Source: a virus. From it: DNA of 45,932 nucleotides. This document shows, piece after piece, positions 8,468 through 17,605 of the stretch. Below the pieces are notes generated by a model that ran no database searches, was not told where the DNA came from, and was given only the letters and a program-made list of their open reading frames with translations. Location: positions 1-45,932 of IMG/VR virus record IMGVR_UViG_3300037511_000088; one strand, 5' to 3'. The stretch's first letter is position 1. Every line of letters begins with the position of its first letter. Made by a program: the position numbers and the translations under genes.

Positions 8468-10297
8468 ATGAGTTACCTTCCCACCATATTCGGCCCCGCA
8501 TTTGGCCCAACGGGCCGGATCGCTGCCGGCGCAAAACTGTTCTTCTATCTGACGGGCACAAGCACCCTCAGCACGGTCTACGCCGATGCGAGCCTGACCA
8601 CGCCGCTATCGAACCCGGTCGTGGCGGATGTCGTTGGTCGGTTTCCCGACATTTTCATTGACGATTCAATCGTTTATCGCATCCGCATGGAGACGGCTCA
8701 GGGCGAGCTTATCGACGAGGTTGATCCTTATGCGTCGAGCGGCGGTGCGCCCAGCCCCAGCTTCGGCGACCTCCTGTGTACATTCGATTTCATCCCGGAA
8801 TCCGAGCACGCCGCGATTGTCAACGGCACGTCGACCTATGACTGTACCGCAGATCTCAACGCCTTCACTTCAGCCCTGGCTTCAAAGAAGGGTGTGGGCC
8901 TGATCAACGGCGGGACCTACTATCTTGCGACGTGGGAGCACACCCAGAGCGGATATCAGCTGCTGTGTGCGCCCGGTGTCGTGTTCAAGCAAAAGCCAGG
9001 ACTGACAGGTGACTCTGAAGATCACCCGATTATCTATTTCCATGGCGCTACCGATATCACCTTCGGCGACGCCAAGTTCATTGGCAACATTGCGACCGAT
9101 GTTGGGGAGTGGAGCCATGCGGTCGCGCTGATCGGGGCAAAAAGGATCACGATCGGCCGTCTCTACGCGACAAATCTCCGGGGGGATGTCGTTTACCAGA
9201 ATGGTCGAATTGGTGCCGAGTGCTACGGAAACTTCGTTCAGGCGATCTCGGGAACGAACGTATATCGAAACCTGCTTTCGGTCGTCGGCGGCCCTATGGT
9301 CGTCGGCTCCGTTATCCACGATGGCCCTGTCGGGTATCGCGATGTCGATCTGGAGCCGAATGCCGGCGGCACCTATCAGCCATCGTCCCTCAGTCTCAGC
9401 TATTTCTATGGCGGGACCATTCAGTGCGCGAGCGGCGACCCCGACCTGATCAACGACAATCTGTCGGTCGATACGGCGATCTTCGATCTGACAATGGCCG
9501 CGCAAGCGACCACTCCGCCGTTCTATGCGGCGCCGGGTGCGGGTTCGTGGGCTATCCAGGTCCAGGCCATTCACAATGTGACTATCGGCCAGATGGAAGT
9601 CAGGAATTATGACTATCCTCCGATCCTGCTTGCCGACAAATGGGATCACGTGCGGATCGACAATCTGACGTTCGATAATATCGGGCAGACGGAAGCGATC
9701 TTCAAATGTGTCGTGCTGCAATATGGCACGGCCGGCGATGGCCTGATCGAGATCGGGAAGGCGACCGGCACGCTCAATTCCAAGAACAAGCTCTTTATCC
9801 GCGCTCAGACGGGCACGCTGAATTTCAGCCTGGGCAGCGGAGATATCACGGGCGGCATTTTCGGGGCGCAGCTGAGGGGGAATATCAACCAGCTGAACAT
9901 CGACGCCGGGAATGCAACGCTCGCTGCGGACGGAGCGATCTTCAATCTGTTCCAGGGCACGATCAGCAACATGACCGTCACCAATTCGGTGGATTCAACG
10001 CTGTTCCGGCAGTCGCCAGGGGTCGTCCTTGCCAACTGCTCAGCGACGGTCGCCTCTCTGCAAAATGCGGGTGATAGCCCGTATATTATCGCGCTGAATT
10101 CTGCCCTCAATGGCACCCCAGCGGACGGAGTGAATTTTGCGACGGCGGGGGTTCTTCGGGTCGAGGGAGTCCGCGTCGTAACCAATCAGCAGCCTGCGGT
10201 TCCGGCCGCTACCGGTGGAGCTACGATCGACACACAGGCTCGTGACGCGGTCAATGCGATCAATAATGCACTCAAAATCCATGGATTGCTGGCGTAA
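8468..10297 (+). CDS. Tailspike/depolymerase with a right-handed beta-helix (609 aa).
   Basis: N-terminal head-binding-like segment. Repeated G/N/I/V-rich coils of about 22-25 aa. The C-terminal DAVNAINNALKIHGLLA motif is common at fibre ends. Confidence 0.65.
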   Translation: MSYLPTIFGPAFGPTGRIAAGAKLFFYLTGTSTLSTVYADASLTTPLSNPVVADVVGRFPDIFIDDSIVYRIRMETAQGELIDEVDPYASSGGAPSPSFGDLLCTFDFIPESEHAAIVNGTSTYDCTADLNAFTSALASKKGVGLINGGTYYLATWEHTQSGYQLLCAPGVVFKQKPGLTGDSEDHPIIYFHGATDITFGDAKFIGNIATDVGEWSHAVALIGAKRITIGRLYATNLRGDVVYQNGRIGAECYGNFVQAISGTNVYRNLLSVVGGPMVVGSVIHDGPVGYRDVDLEPNAGGTYQPSSLSLSYFYGGTIQCASGDPDLINDNLSVDTAIFDLTMAAQATTPPFYAAPGAGSWAIQVQAIHNVTIGQMEVRNYDYPPILLADKWDHVRIDNLTFDNIGQTEAIFKCVVLQYGTAGDGLIEIGKATGTLNSKNKLFIRAQTGTLNFSLGSGDITGGIFGAQLRGNINQLNIDAGNATLAADGAIFNLFQGTISNMTVTNSVDSTLFRQSPGVVLANCSATVASLQNAGDSPYIIALNSALNGTPADGVNFATAGVLRVEGVRVVTNQQPAVPAATGGATIDTQARDAVNAINNALKIHGLLA

Positions 10298-10308
10298 GGA
10301 TCAAGAAA

Positions 10309-10398
10309 ATGTCTGACGGAACACCCCCGCCTCCGAAGCCCAAAGACAAGAAGGCGACTGAAAACAAGACAAAGCCGCGTCCGGCCAAGCCAAAATGA
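10309..10398 (+). CDS. Possible 29-aa Lys/Pro-rich peptide, below the ORF-track cutoff.
   Basis: AAGGA lies 8 nt upstream of ATG 10309. The stop overlaps the next start (ATGA at 10395-10398). Confidence 0.3.
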   Translation: MSDGTPPPPKPKDKKATENKTKPRPAKPK

Positions 10399-10865
10399 GC
10401 CACGCAGTCGTCTATCTGGCAGCATTGTTCGTTGTCTCCATGATGTCGTTCATCACGGGAGAAAAGGCGATGCTCAGGACCGTTGCGGCGTTGTTCGGCG
10501 CATGGGTGCTCAACTGGGGATATGTGACCTTGACGGGGTCATACACCCCTTGGGCGTGGTTCACGGCAGTTGATGCTATTGCGGCTGCGGTTATCCTGAT
10601 CCGGCCGGCTGGTAAGATCCAAGGGCTGATCGGCGTCTGCTTCCTCGTCCAGATCGCGCAGCACATCGGATACGGCGTAAATTACGTCGAGAACGGATAT
10701 AGTTGGGACGCTGCTATGTTGCATTGGCAAATGCAATATGGCATTGGTTTCATTAAGCTTTTCCTTGTCGGGGGCTGGGCTGCATGGAATGGAAAAGCTG
10801 CTTATTCTCGCCTGCTTCGTCGTAATCGCGGCGTTCCTCATCCCACGCATCGCGCGAGCCTTTAG
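10395..10865 (+). CDS. Multi-pass membrane protein at the head of the lysis cassette (156 aa; holin candidate).
   Basis: Four hydrophobic spans and a basic C-terminus. Confidence 0.5.
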   Translation: MSHAVVYLAALFVVSMMSFITGEKAMLRTVAALFGAWVLNWGYVTLTGSYTPWAWFTAVDAIAAAVILIRPAGKIQGLIGVCFLVQIAQHIGYGVNYVENGYSWDAAMLHWQMQYGIGFIKLFLVGGWAAWNGKAAYSRLLRRNRGVPHPTHRASL

Positions 10866-11086
10866 TGGTGACCGGGGGGCGGAGACCAAACGAGACGAGT
10901 AGCTGGTTGGCACCGGGAACGGTAATGCAGGTTCTCGCCTTCGGGGCCCTGACATTGTCGAGTTATTGGCAATATCGAGAGAGTGACGGGAAGCAAATTT
11001 CCTCACTGGAAAGCCGCGTGGCGATCCTCGAATCCCGCACAGGCGACCTCTGGACCGACTGGATCAAGCAGAGGGGGCGCCAATGA
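10865..11086 (+). CDS. Small single-TM + coiled-coil protein (73 aa).
   Basis: GTG start sharing one base with the upstream TAG. Has a VMQVLAFGALTLSSYW span, then the LESRVAILESRTGDL heptads. Confidence 0.45.
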   Translation: MVTGGRRPNETSSWLAPGTVMQVLAFGALTLSSYWQYRESDGKQISSLESRVAILESRTGDLWTDWIKQRGRQ

Positions 11087-11340
11087 TCGAGGACCCCCAG
11101 TCCAATCCAGATCGTTTCCGGTCGATCGTCTACGGCGTCGCGGCAACAGCCACCTTCAGCTTTCTCGGCTGGGTGGGGCTGTCCGTCAATGGCATGTCGG
11201 ATCGGCTGACCACCATTGAAGTGACCATTCGCGAGAACAGGGCGGAACGGGAAACCCAGATCGCGGACCTTCGGGAACGGGTCGGGCGCCTTGAGGAAGA
11301 ACGCAACACGCGCATGTGGCGTGGAGGGGAAAAGGAATGA
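11083..11340 (+). CDS. Small single-TM + coiled-coil protein (85 aa; i-spanin or holin-accessory candidate).
   Basis: ATGA coupling. TM span VAATATFSFLGWVGLSV, then the IADLRERVGRLEEE coil. Confidence 0.5.
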   Translation: MIEDPQSNPDRFRSIVYGVAATATFSFLGWVGLSVNGMSDRLTTIEVTIRENRAERETQIADLRERVGRLEEERNTRMWRGGEKE

Positions 11341-11735
11341 CGATAACGCTTGGCACGCGCTCGCTGGAGCGGCTCGACGGCGCGCATCCCGATCTTCGCA
11401 AGATCGCGGTTCGGGCTGCGGCGATATCTGATCTCGACTTCACCGTCTTGGAAGTCTTGCGCACCAAGGAGCGGCAGAAGCAGCTGCTGGCGCAGGGCGC
11501 GACCAAGACGATGAATTCCCGCCACCTGCCCAGCGCAGACGGCAAATCACGGGCAATGGACCTTGCCCCCCTGATTGACGGCAAGGTGTCGTGGGATTGG
11601 CCGCTTTATCATCGGCTCGCCAAGATCATAAAGCAGGCAGCCGCTGACGTCGGTGTCCCAATCGAATGGGGAGGCGACTGGCGGACGTTCAAGGACGGCC
11701 CGCACTGGCAGTTGCCTTGGAAGTCGTACCCATGA
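11337..11735 (+). CDS. Endolysin, peptidase M15 (L-alanyl-D-glutamate peptidase type; 132 aa).
   Basis: RTKERQKQL, NSRHLPSADGKSRAMDLAP and DGPHWQL match the M15 H-x6-D...H zinc motifs. ATGA overlap with the upstream ORF. Confidence 0.8.
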   Translation: MTITLGTRSLERLDGAHPDLRKIAVRAAAISDLDFTVLEVLRTKERQKQLLAQGATKTMNSRHLPSADGKSRAMDLAPLIDGKVSWDWPLYHRLAKIIKQAAADVGVPIEWGGDWRTFKDGPHWQLPWKSYP

Positions 11736-11965
11736 ACGAGCGCCACACGCTGATCGCCTTCTGCTCGATCCTCATTGCGATCTGCTATCTGGCAACCATC
11801 GCTTCGATACTGGCCTTCCAGCAGCGCTATGCCGAGGCATTGGGCTTCGGAGGCATCACCACGGGGCTTGTCGGCGTGCTCGGTACGTTCCGCCCTAAGC
11901 AGCCCGCCGGCAACGTCGAGCGTGCAGAGACAGTCAACCAGCTCACCCAGGAGACAAAGCCATGA
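11732..11965 (+). CDS. Two-TM small membrane protein (77 aa; holin or spanin-component candidate).
   Basis: ATGA overlaps on both sides. Two hydrophobic spans. Confidence 0.5.
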   Translation: MNERHTLIAFCSILIAICYLATIASILAFQQRYAEALGFGGITTGLVGVLGTFRPKQPAGNVERAETVNQLTQETKP

Positions 11966-12174
11966 GGTATGCCATCATCCTTGCCGCCCTTCCGCTGTCC
12001 GCCTGCGCCACGACTGGCAGTCTCGGCCAGTCCGCATGCGGGAACCGCGCTGCGATCGAGGCGGGTCTTGATATCGCGCTGGCCAATATGATGCTGATCG
12101 AGAACCCGGTTATGCGTGAGGCTGCGATTTCGTCGATCAATATCAGCCGGGCAGCACTGGCTCGCTGTATCTGA
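11962..12174 (+). CDS. Lipoprotein, o-spanin candidate (70 aa).
   Basis: Signal peptide with lipobox LPLSAC. Last gene of the lysis cassette. Confidence 0.6.
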   Translation: MRYAIILAALPLSACATTGSLGQSACGNRAAIEAGLDIALANMMLIENPVMREAAISSINISRAALARCI

Positions 12175-12212
12175 TCACCACTCCCCCCGAATAATCGCCA
12201 CAGCCAGAAAGG

Positions 12213-12413
12213 CTAGGCAGGCGGGTTGATCTCCGCGAAGTGTGTGGGCGTCTGGTTTGGTATCGGTTCCCAGCCCTCGCCGACCCACTGGCCATCGACC
12301 ATGATCGCAACATACACGTTTGGATCTCCGGTCGTGCCGACAAGAACCTTGTCACGCCCTTGATTGCCTATAGTGCGGCAATAATCGATCGGCAGCCAGG
12401 CGATATTTCCCAT
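12213..12413 (-). CDS. DUF551-like small protein (66 aa).
   Basis: WLPIDY...VLVG...GWEPIPNQTPTHFAEINPP resembles the DUF551 pattern. ATG 12413 lies 1 nt after the upstream stop. Confidence 0.5.
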   Translation of the reverse strand: MGNIAWLPIDYCRTIGNQGRDKVLVGTTGDPNVYVAIMVDGQWVGEGWEPIPNQTPTHFAEINPPA

Positions 12414-12414
12414 G

Positions 12415-12681
12415 TCATCCACCTTCTTTCGGTTCGTCCTCATACCTCCCATATCCGCCGATCTGAACATGCTTCCAATGGGCACGAGCCTTGGGGCTTC
12501 TCGCTCCACACTGGCAGACGCACCGCTGCGTGAAGTCGAAGAGCGCTTCGTCGAGGCCGCGATTGGCCTTCTCCGCGATGAGATCGGGTGTCAGGTCAAC
12601 GACGCGTCCGCAATTCCAGCAGGTGAGCCGCAGCAGTTCGGCGTAGGCAGCGTAATATCCGAGGGTTCCGCGTTTGGGCAC
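12415..12681 (-). CDS. Cys-rich hypothetical protein (88 aa).
   Basis: GTG start. CWNCGR...CVCQCG motifs. High GC3. Confidence 0.45.
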   Translation of the reverse strand: MPKRGTLGYYAAYAELLRLTCWNCGRVVDLTPDLIAEKANRGLDEALFDFTQRCVCQCGARSPKARAHWKHVQIGGYGRYEDEPKEGG

Positions 12682-12720
12682 CCGGCAAGCAGATCATGCC
12701 GGGAACGATTCGGGAAGGGG

Positions 12721-12888
12721 TCAATGAAGGATAGCGGCGATTGCAATGCCGTTGACGATGGCGAGCATTACGACCCAGACGATCGCAAAATCATCCTTTG
12801 TGGCTGGCTCGCGCATCTTCTGCTTGAAACGGTTCCAGCGGCCCTTTGCGAGCGGCTCAGACCAGCCTCTGCCATATCCATCAAACAT
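12721..12888 (-). CDS. Small tail-anchored membrane protein (55 aa), below the ORF-track cutoff.
   Basis: GAGAGGA RBS 7 nt upstream of ATG 12888. C-terminal span FAIVWVVMLAIVNGIAIAAIL. Confidence 0.4.
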   Translation of the reverse strand: MFDGYGRGWSEPLAKGRWNRFKQKMREPATKDDFAIVWVVMLAIVNGIAIAAILH

Positions 12889-13134
12889 CCCCCGATCCTC
12901 TCACAATCCCCCAGAACATCCTAGTCATTGATTGACGGATTCGGGGGATTCTGGCATGTAAATAGGGTGATGCGGCGGCACTGATTGAAGTGCAGATCAC
13001 TTGGCTTTGTCGAAGGCACTGTGCGAGCAATCGCAATCACCGATGTGGCTCTGGACCAAGGTGGCGCAACCGCAAGGGAACCGTTCGGGAGGCCTCGCCA
13101 GCTCTCCTAGTTGAGCAATCAACCCGCATCACGA

Positions 13135-13527
13135 TCACCCATCCCCAAGGGCTGAGCGGGCGCTATCGTGGCGGGAATCCCCGCAACGCTCGACCCGATA
13201 TCGGAATTCCGATTTCGCTAAATCCACGCGATAGGCAAAGCACGGACTTTCGCGCTTGCTGGGGACATCGGTCATCGCGCTCCAGCAGCCCGCAACGCCA
13301 TCCGGATCGGTCACATAGTCGTCGCCCTCGTAGAGCGGAGCGCCGCACCCCTCGCAGGCCAGATCGGCATCGAAGCGCGCGAGATCGGCCCTCAACCTCT
13401 CCACCTCACCCCGTAGGCGGGTGATCTCTGCGGAGGCTTCGGTGCAGATCACGTGATGAACGCCGTCGCCCCATTCGTTCGTCGGGCGATAGCTGTTCAG
13501 CCTCTCAACCAGTCCATCGATATCCAT
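13135..13527 (-). CDS. Hypothetical early protein with a coiled coil and Cys pairs (130 aa).
   Basis: Start coupled to the upstream stop. EITRLRGEVERLRADLARF coil. The true 3' end is uncertain. Confidence 0.5.
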   Translation of the reverse strand: MDIDGLVERLNSYRPTNEWGDGVHHVICTEASAEITRLRGEVERLRADLARFDADLACEGCGAPLYEGDDYVTDPDGVAGCWSAMTDVPSKRESPCFAYRVDLAKSEFRYRVERCGDSRHDSARSALGDG

Positions 13528-13712
13528 TATGAGACAGCCTTTCGCATGGCGAACGCGGTGCCAGCATAGAAGAGCGCCAGCCCGAATATCGCACCTCGAT
13601 AGAGCGCGTCCCAGACGTTGGGATCAATCTGCCAATTGATAAATGCGGCCCCGACATAGAGAATGAACCACGCGCCGATGAGGTCTTTGATGAAGTTTCG
13701 AAGATCATCCAT
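13527..13712 (-). CDS. Two-TM small membrane protein (61 aa).
   Basis: ATG 13712 shares one base with the upstream TGA. Two hydrophobic spans. Confidence 0.5.
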   Translation of the reverse strand: MDDLRNFIKDLIGAWFILYVGAAFINWQIDPNVWDALYRGAIFGLALFYAGTAFAMRKAVS

Positions 13713-14227
13713 CACGACGGCTCCTTTCTGATTGCGGCTGCGAGGGGAGGGGCGGGGAGAGGCTGCCAGTGGGTGGGCTCGCCGATAATCTGCTTTGACC
13801 ACTCGCCTTGGTGCTGTCGCATGGGGGCATTGCATGGCCAGTCCCACTGCCCGATCTGCGCGCAATCCAAATGCTCGCCTTCACAGATCGTCTCGACATA
13901 TTGGATGTCGCTTTCCGTAATCCGGGTGCTTGTCCACAGCAGGATCCGCGTCCCATCCTTCGGCGCCGTCTCGATCGGCTGCCACTGCTCATCGACAGCA
14001 TCCCCGGTGGGGAGAGTGAGGGCATTGATCAGCGCTACAATATCGTGAGCATCTTGATCGGTCAGGTTCTGCGCGATGATCGCAGCGCATGACGGGTCTT
14101 CATCGCGCACGATCATCGCGGAGCAATTTTCATCGCCACACAGCACTTCGTTGAAAGCTTCGACCCGCAGCGGGGGCTTTAGCCGCACAAGCGCCTCCCG
14201 CGCTCTGGCGATCCTATCCTCGGTCAT
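13712..14227 (-). CDS. DUF551 domain protein (171 aa).
   Basis: WQPIETAPKDGTRILLW...THWQPLPAPP signature. ATGA coupling at 14224-14227. Confidence 0.6.
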   Translation of the reverse strand: MTEDRIARAREALVRLKPPLRVEAFNEVLCGDENCSAMIVRDEDPSCAAIIAQNLTDQDAHDIVALINALTLPTGDAVDEQWQPIETAPKDGTRILLWTSTRITESDIQYVETICEGEHLDCAQIGQWDWPCNAPMRQHQGEWSKQIIGEPTHWQPLPAPPLAAAIRKEPS

Positions 14228-14523
14228 GTGCGTTCCTTTAGGGCTTCGTCGATGTATGCATTGATCACGTCGCGAACGCCGGGACCGGGACCAAGGCGGG
14301 CAATGCCAGCGGCTTTCTTGGCGTCGTCGATCTTTGCCCATATCGCGGCGATCATCTCAGGAGTCGGGTCTCGGAGGGCTTCGAGAACGGCGCGGGCGTC
14401 ATGAATATGTTCATCAGCGCTCCCGCTGCACTGGCCGCGAAGCGCGCACGTCGTGGCACATTCTGGATCACGGCCGCCCTTCGAAAGACACAGCGCCCTC
14501 GCGCACCTATCCAGCATGGTCAT
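14224..14523 (-). CDS. Hypothetical protein (99 aa).
   Basis: ATGA coupling on both sides. High GC3. Confidence 0.55.
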   Translation of the reverse strand: MTMLDRCARALCLSKGGRDPECATTCALRGQCSGSADEHIHDARAVLEALRDPTPEMIAAIWAKIDDAKKAAGIARLGPGPGVRDVINAYIDEALKERT

Positions 14524-14810
14524 CGCTCGGTTCCCTTCTCCATCTGCTTGATCAGGCGATGACGACGAACATGCTCAGGGCGATAGATCTTCCCGTCCTG
14601 ACCGTGCCAGGATAGATGACCTTGCTCGTGCCAACCCATCGGCCAATCGATCGGCGAGGACTTGCCTGCCAGGAAATCAGCGATGTGCACCGGGTGCGCG
14701 GCGAGGAAGCTGACGATGCTGCCAGCCGTCTCCATGCCGCCAACACCAGCCGCGGCGGCCCATGCATCAGCGACCGCCTCTATGTGCTTGATGACCTGTT
14801 CCGGGGTCAT
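14520..14810 (-). CDS. Hypothetical protein (96 aa).
   Basis: ATGA coupling on both sides. Confidence 0.55.
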   Translation of the reverse strand: MTPEQVIKHIEAVADAWAAAAGVGGMETAGSIVSFLAAHPVHIADFLAGKSSPIDWPMGWHEQGHLSWHGQDGKIYRPEHVRRHRLIKQMEKGTER

Positions 14811-15610
14811 CGCTCGGTTCCTTGGAGGGTGGCGATTCCTTCCTCAGCGATCTGGAAGCACTCGACCCAGCCGTTGTTCAGGTGACAGACGTCGTCATGG
14901 CTGTAGTTGCTCGGGTTGATTTCCCGGCCGTCCTGATCAAGGATCTGCTGGAATAGCTGCCGGCACTTCTCCAGCGCCTCGACCATCCCGCGCGTGCTGT
15001 CGAGTGCGGCGAGATACCCTTGTTCGAACCCCCAGACGCAATGGTCTCGGGGCTTGACCAACTCTCCGGTCCCGTCGCTGTTGGCAGGTATGCGCCACGC
15101 TTCCGCAGCTTCCCGAGCCCGCTCTGTCCGATCCGGGGCGAGGCGGGTGGTGAGGGCCTGACGAAGAGCCATCGCATCCCACCATGCGTTGTGCTGAACG
15201 GCGCCGGCCAAATCGGTCGGATAACAGTCGACGTTGTGGACTTCGAACGACATCGCCGGGTAGTCTGCCGAAGCCCAGCCACCGTCGCTTCCAGTGGACA
15301 GCGCACGGCAGAAACGACCGATATCCACGGGGCTATCAGCAATAATCGTGGGCCGCTCCGTTTCGCCAATGAAGGCCCGGATGAGGTCGCCCACCTCGTT
15401 CAGGTAGACCTTGGCGGCTTTCGGTGCGCGGTGGCAATCCATGAGCGGTATGACATTGCGGATGACCCACAAATCCATGGCCGCCACATCGACCTGGATA
15501 TGGATGCTGTCGCCATCTTCGCGGACCATCGCTATGCTCAGCAGCGGTCCGTCGTGTCCATCGAACTCGCAGTCAATATAGAAGCGCGTCGTGGAGATAT
15601 CAGACATCAT
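14807..15610 (-). CDS. DEDDh-type 3'-5' exonuclease domain protein with a C-terminal extension (267 aa).
   Basis: FYIDCEFDGHDGPLLSIAMV (Exo I), IIADSPVDIG, and HNAWWDAMAL (H-x4-D). Confidence 0.65.
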   Translation of the reverse strand: MMSDISTTRFYIDCEFDGHDGPLLSIAMVREDGDSIHIQVDVAAMDLWVIRNVIPLMDCHRAPKAAKVYLNEVGDLIRAFIGETERPTIIADSPVDIGRFCRALSTGSDGGWASADYPAMSFEVHNVDCYPTDLAGAVQHNAWWDAMALRQALTTRLAPDRTERAREAAEAWRIPANSDGTGELVKPRDHCVWGFEQGYLAALDSTRGMVEALEKCRQLFQQILDQDGREINPSNYSHDDVCHLNNGWVECFQIAEEGIATLQGTER

Positions 15611-15707
15611 CCGATCCTTTCGAAGTCCAGAACGCGGGGCTGCCGTGACAGTCGTCGCACCGGCAGTTGAGAAGATCGCGCAGGCACACTAAGCACCAAT
15701 CAACCAT
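15600..15707 (-). CDS. Possible Cys-rich 35-aa peptide.
   Basis: The ATG 15707 ORF is MVDWCLVCLRDLLNCRCDDCHG... It ends in the shared KGSDDV junction cassette. Confidence 0.3.
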   Translation of the reverse strand: MVDWCLVCLRDLLNCRCDDCHGSPAFWTSKGSDDV

Positions 15708-15894
15708 CTGAGCGCTCCTTGCTTGGCGATGGAAAGCAGATGATGCCCGCGTCGAGCGCGTCGTTGATCGCGAATACGATATCGGGGAGCAGTATCTGCG
15801 GCGGCACTTTGAATTGAGCGGCATTTTTCGCCGCGCCTTCGGCCGCCTTCTGCGCGATATCGATTACACGCTGGTCGTATCCTTTAGACATCAT
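15700..15894 (-). CDS. Hypothetical protein (64 aa).
   Basis: Starts (MMS...) inside the conserved 20-nt junction cassette, which carries an AAAGGA RBS. Confidence 0.5.
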   Translation of the reverse strand: MMSKGYDQRVIDIAQKAAEGAAKNAAQFKVPPQILLPDIVFAINDALDAGIICFPSPSKERSDG

Positions 15895-16264
15895 CCGATC
15901 CTTTCAGGTGATGGGCCCTACCGTCTGCAAGGCCGCGCTCGTATCCGGCTTCTTCGGCTGCCATGATCTGCGCATTGTGACGGGTGGCCTGGGCGTAATA
16001 GGCTCGCGCTGCCTCGGTGGATTCGTTGCCGATCGCCTGCCATGCGTCGGCGGCGTCCATTTCGGCCTTTCTGAGCGCCATCACCAAGCCGCGTTCTGCG
16101 CCATGCTTGATCTGACATGCCGGGTCACAGCTCGGATCAAATCCGAAGTGATCGCGGGCCGTTCCAAAGGTGGTGAAGGTTTCGCCGCAATGGAAGCATG
16201 TCCAGCCGTGAGCAGGCTTGGTGTATGTCTCCATCACAGGATCTGACTGCGTGGGGGTGTTCAT
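15884..16264 (-). CDS. Hypothetical protein with a CxxC...H motif (126 aa).
   Basis: ATGA coupling at 16261-16264. WTCFHCGETF...DHFG motif. Confidence 0.55.
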   Translation of the reverse strand: MNTPTQSDPVMETYTKPAHGWTCFHCGETFTTFGTARDHFGFDPSCDPACQIKHGAERGLVMALRKAEMDAADAWQAIGNESTEAARAYYAQATRHNAQIMAAEEAGYERGLADGRAHHLKGSDDV

Positions 16265-16449
16265 TGGGGATCTCCCGTAAGCGCTGCACGGCCCAGATCG
16301 GTGATCACCCAGCGTCGTGGGTTCATCTCGATCTTCACTAAGCCACCGCGGCGCAGTTTTTGGCGGATCCTGTCTTCTGGCCGGTCGGCATGCTTAAGCC
16401 GCCGTCCGTCGTGCACGCGCTCAAGGAAATCTCGTTCAGCTTCCGTCAT
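16261..16449 (-). CDS. Small winged-helix-like protein (62 aa).
   Basis: ATGA coupling at 16446-16449. Sequence IRQKLRRGGLVKIEMNPRRWVITDLGRAAL. Confidence 0.5.
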   Translation of the reverse strand: MTEAERDFLERVHDGRRLKHADRPEDRIRQKLRRGGLVKIEMNPRRWVITDLGRAALTGDPQ

Positions 16450-17087
16450 TCCGTCTCTCCCTGAATGATGGCGCGAACAGCGAGGGTCTGCTCGGCCCAG
16501 AGTGTTCCGCGCTTGATTTTCCGAACGGCCATCTCGCTGACACCAAATTCCCGAGCGAGGCCGCGCATCCGCTCTCCAGCGAGAGCGCGGCGGCATATTT
16601 CGACTGCTTGAAAGGCTTTGAGTTTGGACGTCTTAACGGCCTCACCCGCGATCAGGGTTCCGTGGCGGCGACGATCTTGACTGTTTTCAGATCTGGTCTT
16701 CCACGACAGATTGCATGCACGAACGTCGTTTCTGATCCCATTTTCGTGCGCGGCCTCCATTCCAGGAGGGGGCTCTCCATGGAAAACGCGGCAGACGAGC
16801 CGGTGAACCTCCAACGTACGCGCAGAGCCGCCCTTGTTTAGGCAGACGAACGGGTATCCCTTTCGGCTCAGCTGCTGGGCCAGGATCCCGCCGGGGACAC
16901 GAACCGTCTGCCGATAGCCCTTGGTTTGGCGCTCGAAGACTCTGGGTATCGACTTAACGCGGCCCTCACTACTTACGCGATAATGCCCTTCATAGCCTGG
17001 CACATCTCGCCACTCCTCGCTCAGCCCGGCAGCGATCTTCTCTGCGTCGGTCATGCAGACCTCTCCCGCACTATGCTGAGCGGTCAT
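16446..17087 (-). CDS. HNH homing-type endonuclease with NUMOD4-like, HNH_3-like and C-terminal HTH regions (213 aa).
   Basis: WRDVPGYEGHYRVSSEGRVKS; HRLVCRVFHG...AHENGIRNDVRACNLSWKTRSENSQD; ATGA coupling at 17084-17087. Confidence 0.75.
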   Translation of the reverse strand: MTAQHSAGEVCMTDAEKIAAGLSEEWRDVPGYEGHYRVSSEGRVKSIPRVFERQTKGYRQTVRVPGGILAQQLSRKGYPFVCLNKGGSARTLEVHRLVCRVFHGEPPPGMEAAHENGIRNDVRACNLSWKTRSENSQDRRRHGTLIAGEAVKTSKLKAFQAVEICRRALAGERMRGLAREFGVSEMAVRKIKRGTLWAEQTLAVRAIIQGETE

Positions 17088-17605
17088 GATTGCACCGACC
17101 GAGTTAGGGGCCGCATCCAACGGCGCTTTTTCTGAGCGTTGACGGCCGGCTTGCGGCGGCGCGACGGGCGGTCCCATTCCTCGGCCCGCGTCTCGCCCAT
17201 GTCTATAAATCCAGCAGCTCGCAGGGAGGCGCCGCTTTCGCCGGGCAGCGTGTACGTCCACGCCTCGCGATATCCGAGCGCGCGAGCTGCGCGGCACAGG
17301 CTGCCGTATATCATCGTGCAGGCTGGAGCGGCGTGATTGCCGACTGGAGCCAAGCCCGACACCACAGCGACGCGGCTGATCACGATGCGACCAGTGCCCT
17401 GCCAGACCCGCGCCGGGTTGCCAGCGATACCGACGCCGACCTGTTGGCCGCCACGATTGACCGCGACTGCGAACAGGCCGCCCTGCACGTTCGGCAGGTG
17501 CCGATGCGTATCACGCACCCACTGCTGAGCTGCTTTGACGCTGCACGGCTCAAGCATGAAGCTGCCCGTCGCGCTCTCTACGCGATCTGCGAGTGATAGG
17601 GTCAT
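17084..17605 (-). CDS. XF1762-family-like (GNAT-fold-like) protein (173 aa).
   Basis: WVRDTHRHLP...GVGIAGNPARV...ISRVAV...LGYREAWTYTLPGESGASLRAAGF pattern, as recalled for this prophage family. Not verified by search. Confidence 0.5.
   Translation of the reverse strand: MTLSLADRVESATGSFMLEPCSVKAAQQWVRDTHRHLPNVQGGLFAVAVNRGGQQVGVGIAGNPARVWQGTGRIVISRVAVVSGLAPVGNHAAPACTMIYGSLCRAARALGYREAWTYTLPGESGASLRAAGFIDMGETRAEEWDRPSRRRKPAVNAQKKRRWMRPLTRSVQS

Noticed and set aside
8370-8471. A 33-aa ORF (MERRLHRAF...) whose stop forms an ATGA with the tailspike start.
   Set aside because: The RBS is weak or absent (AGGA 12 nt upstream) and the composition is unremarkable. The coupling could be coincidental.
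12935-13134. A 200-bp gap with a 9-bp long-range inverted repeat (GTGATGCGG at 12968-12976 and CCGCATCAC at 13123-13131), considered as a possible structured ncRNA or tRNA-like element.
   Set aside because: Nine-bp complementarity within 200 bp is expected many times by chance in 46 kb. No cloverleaf, conserved loop or terminator was recognisable. It may simply hold a promoter.
13198-13211. Perfect 14-bp palindrome ATCGGAATTCCGAT, which extends to 22 bp with one mismatch.
   Set aside because: It lies inside or at the end of an ORF, is a single copy, and a palindrome of this length is expected by chance about once per genome of this size. No partner site was found.
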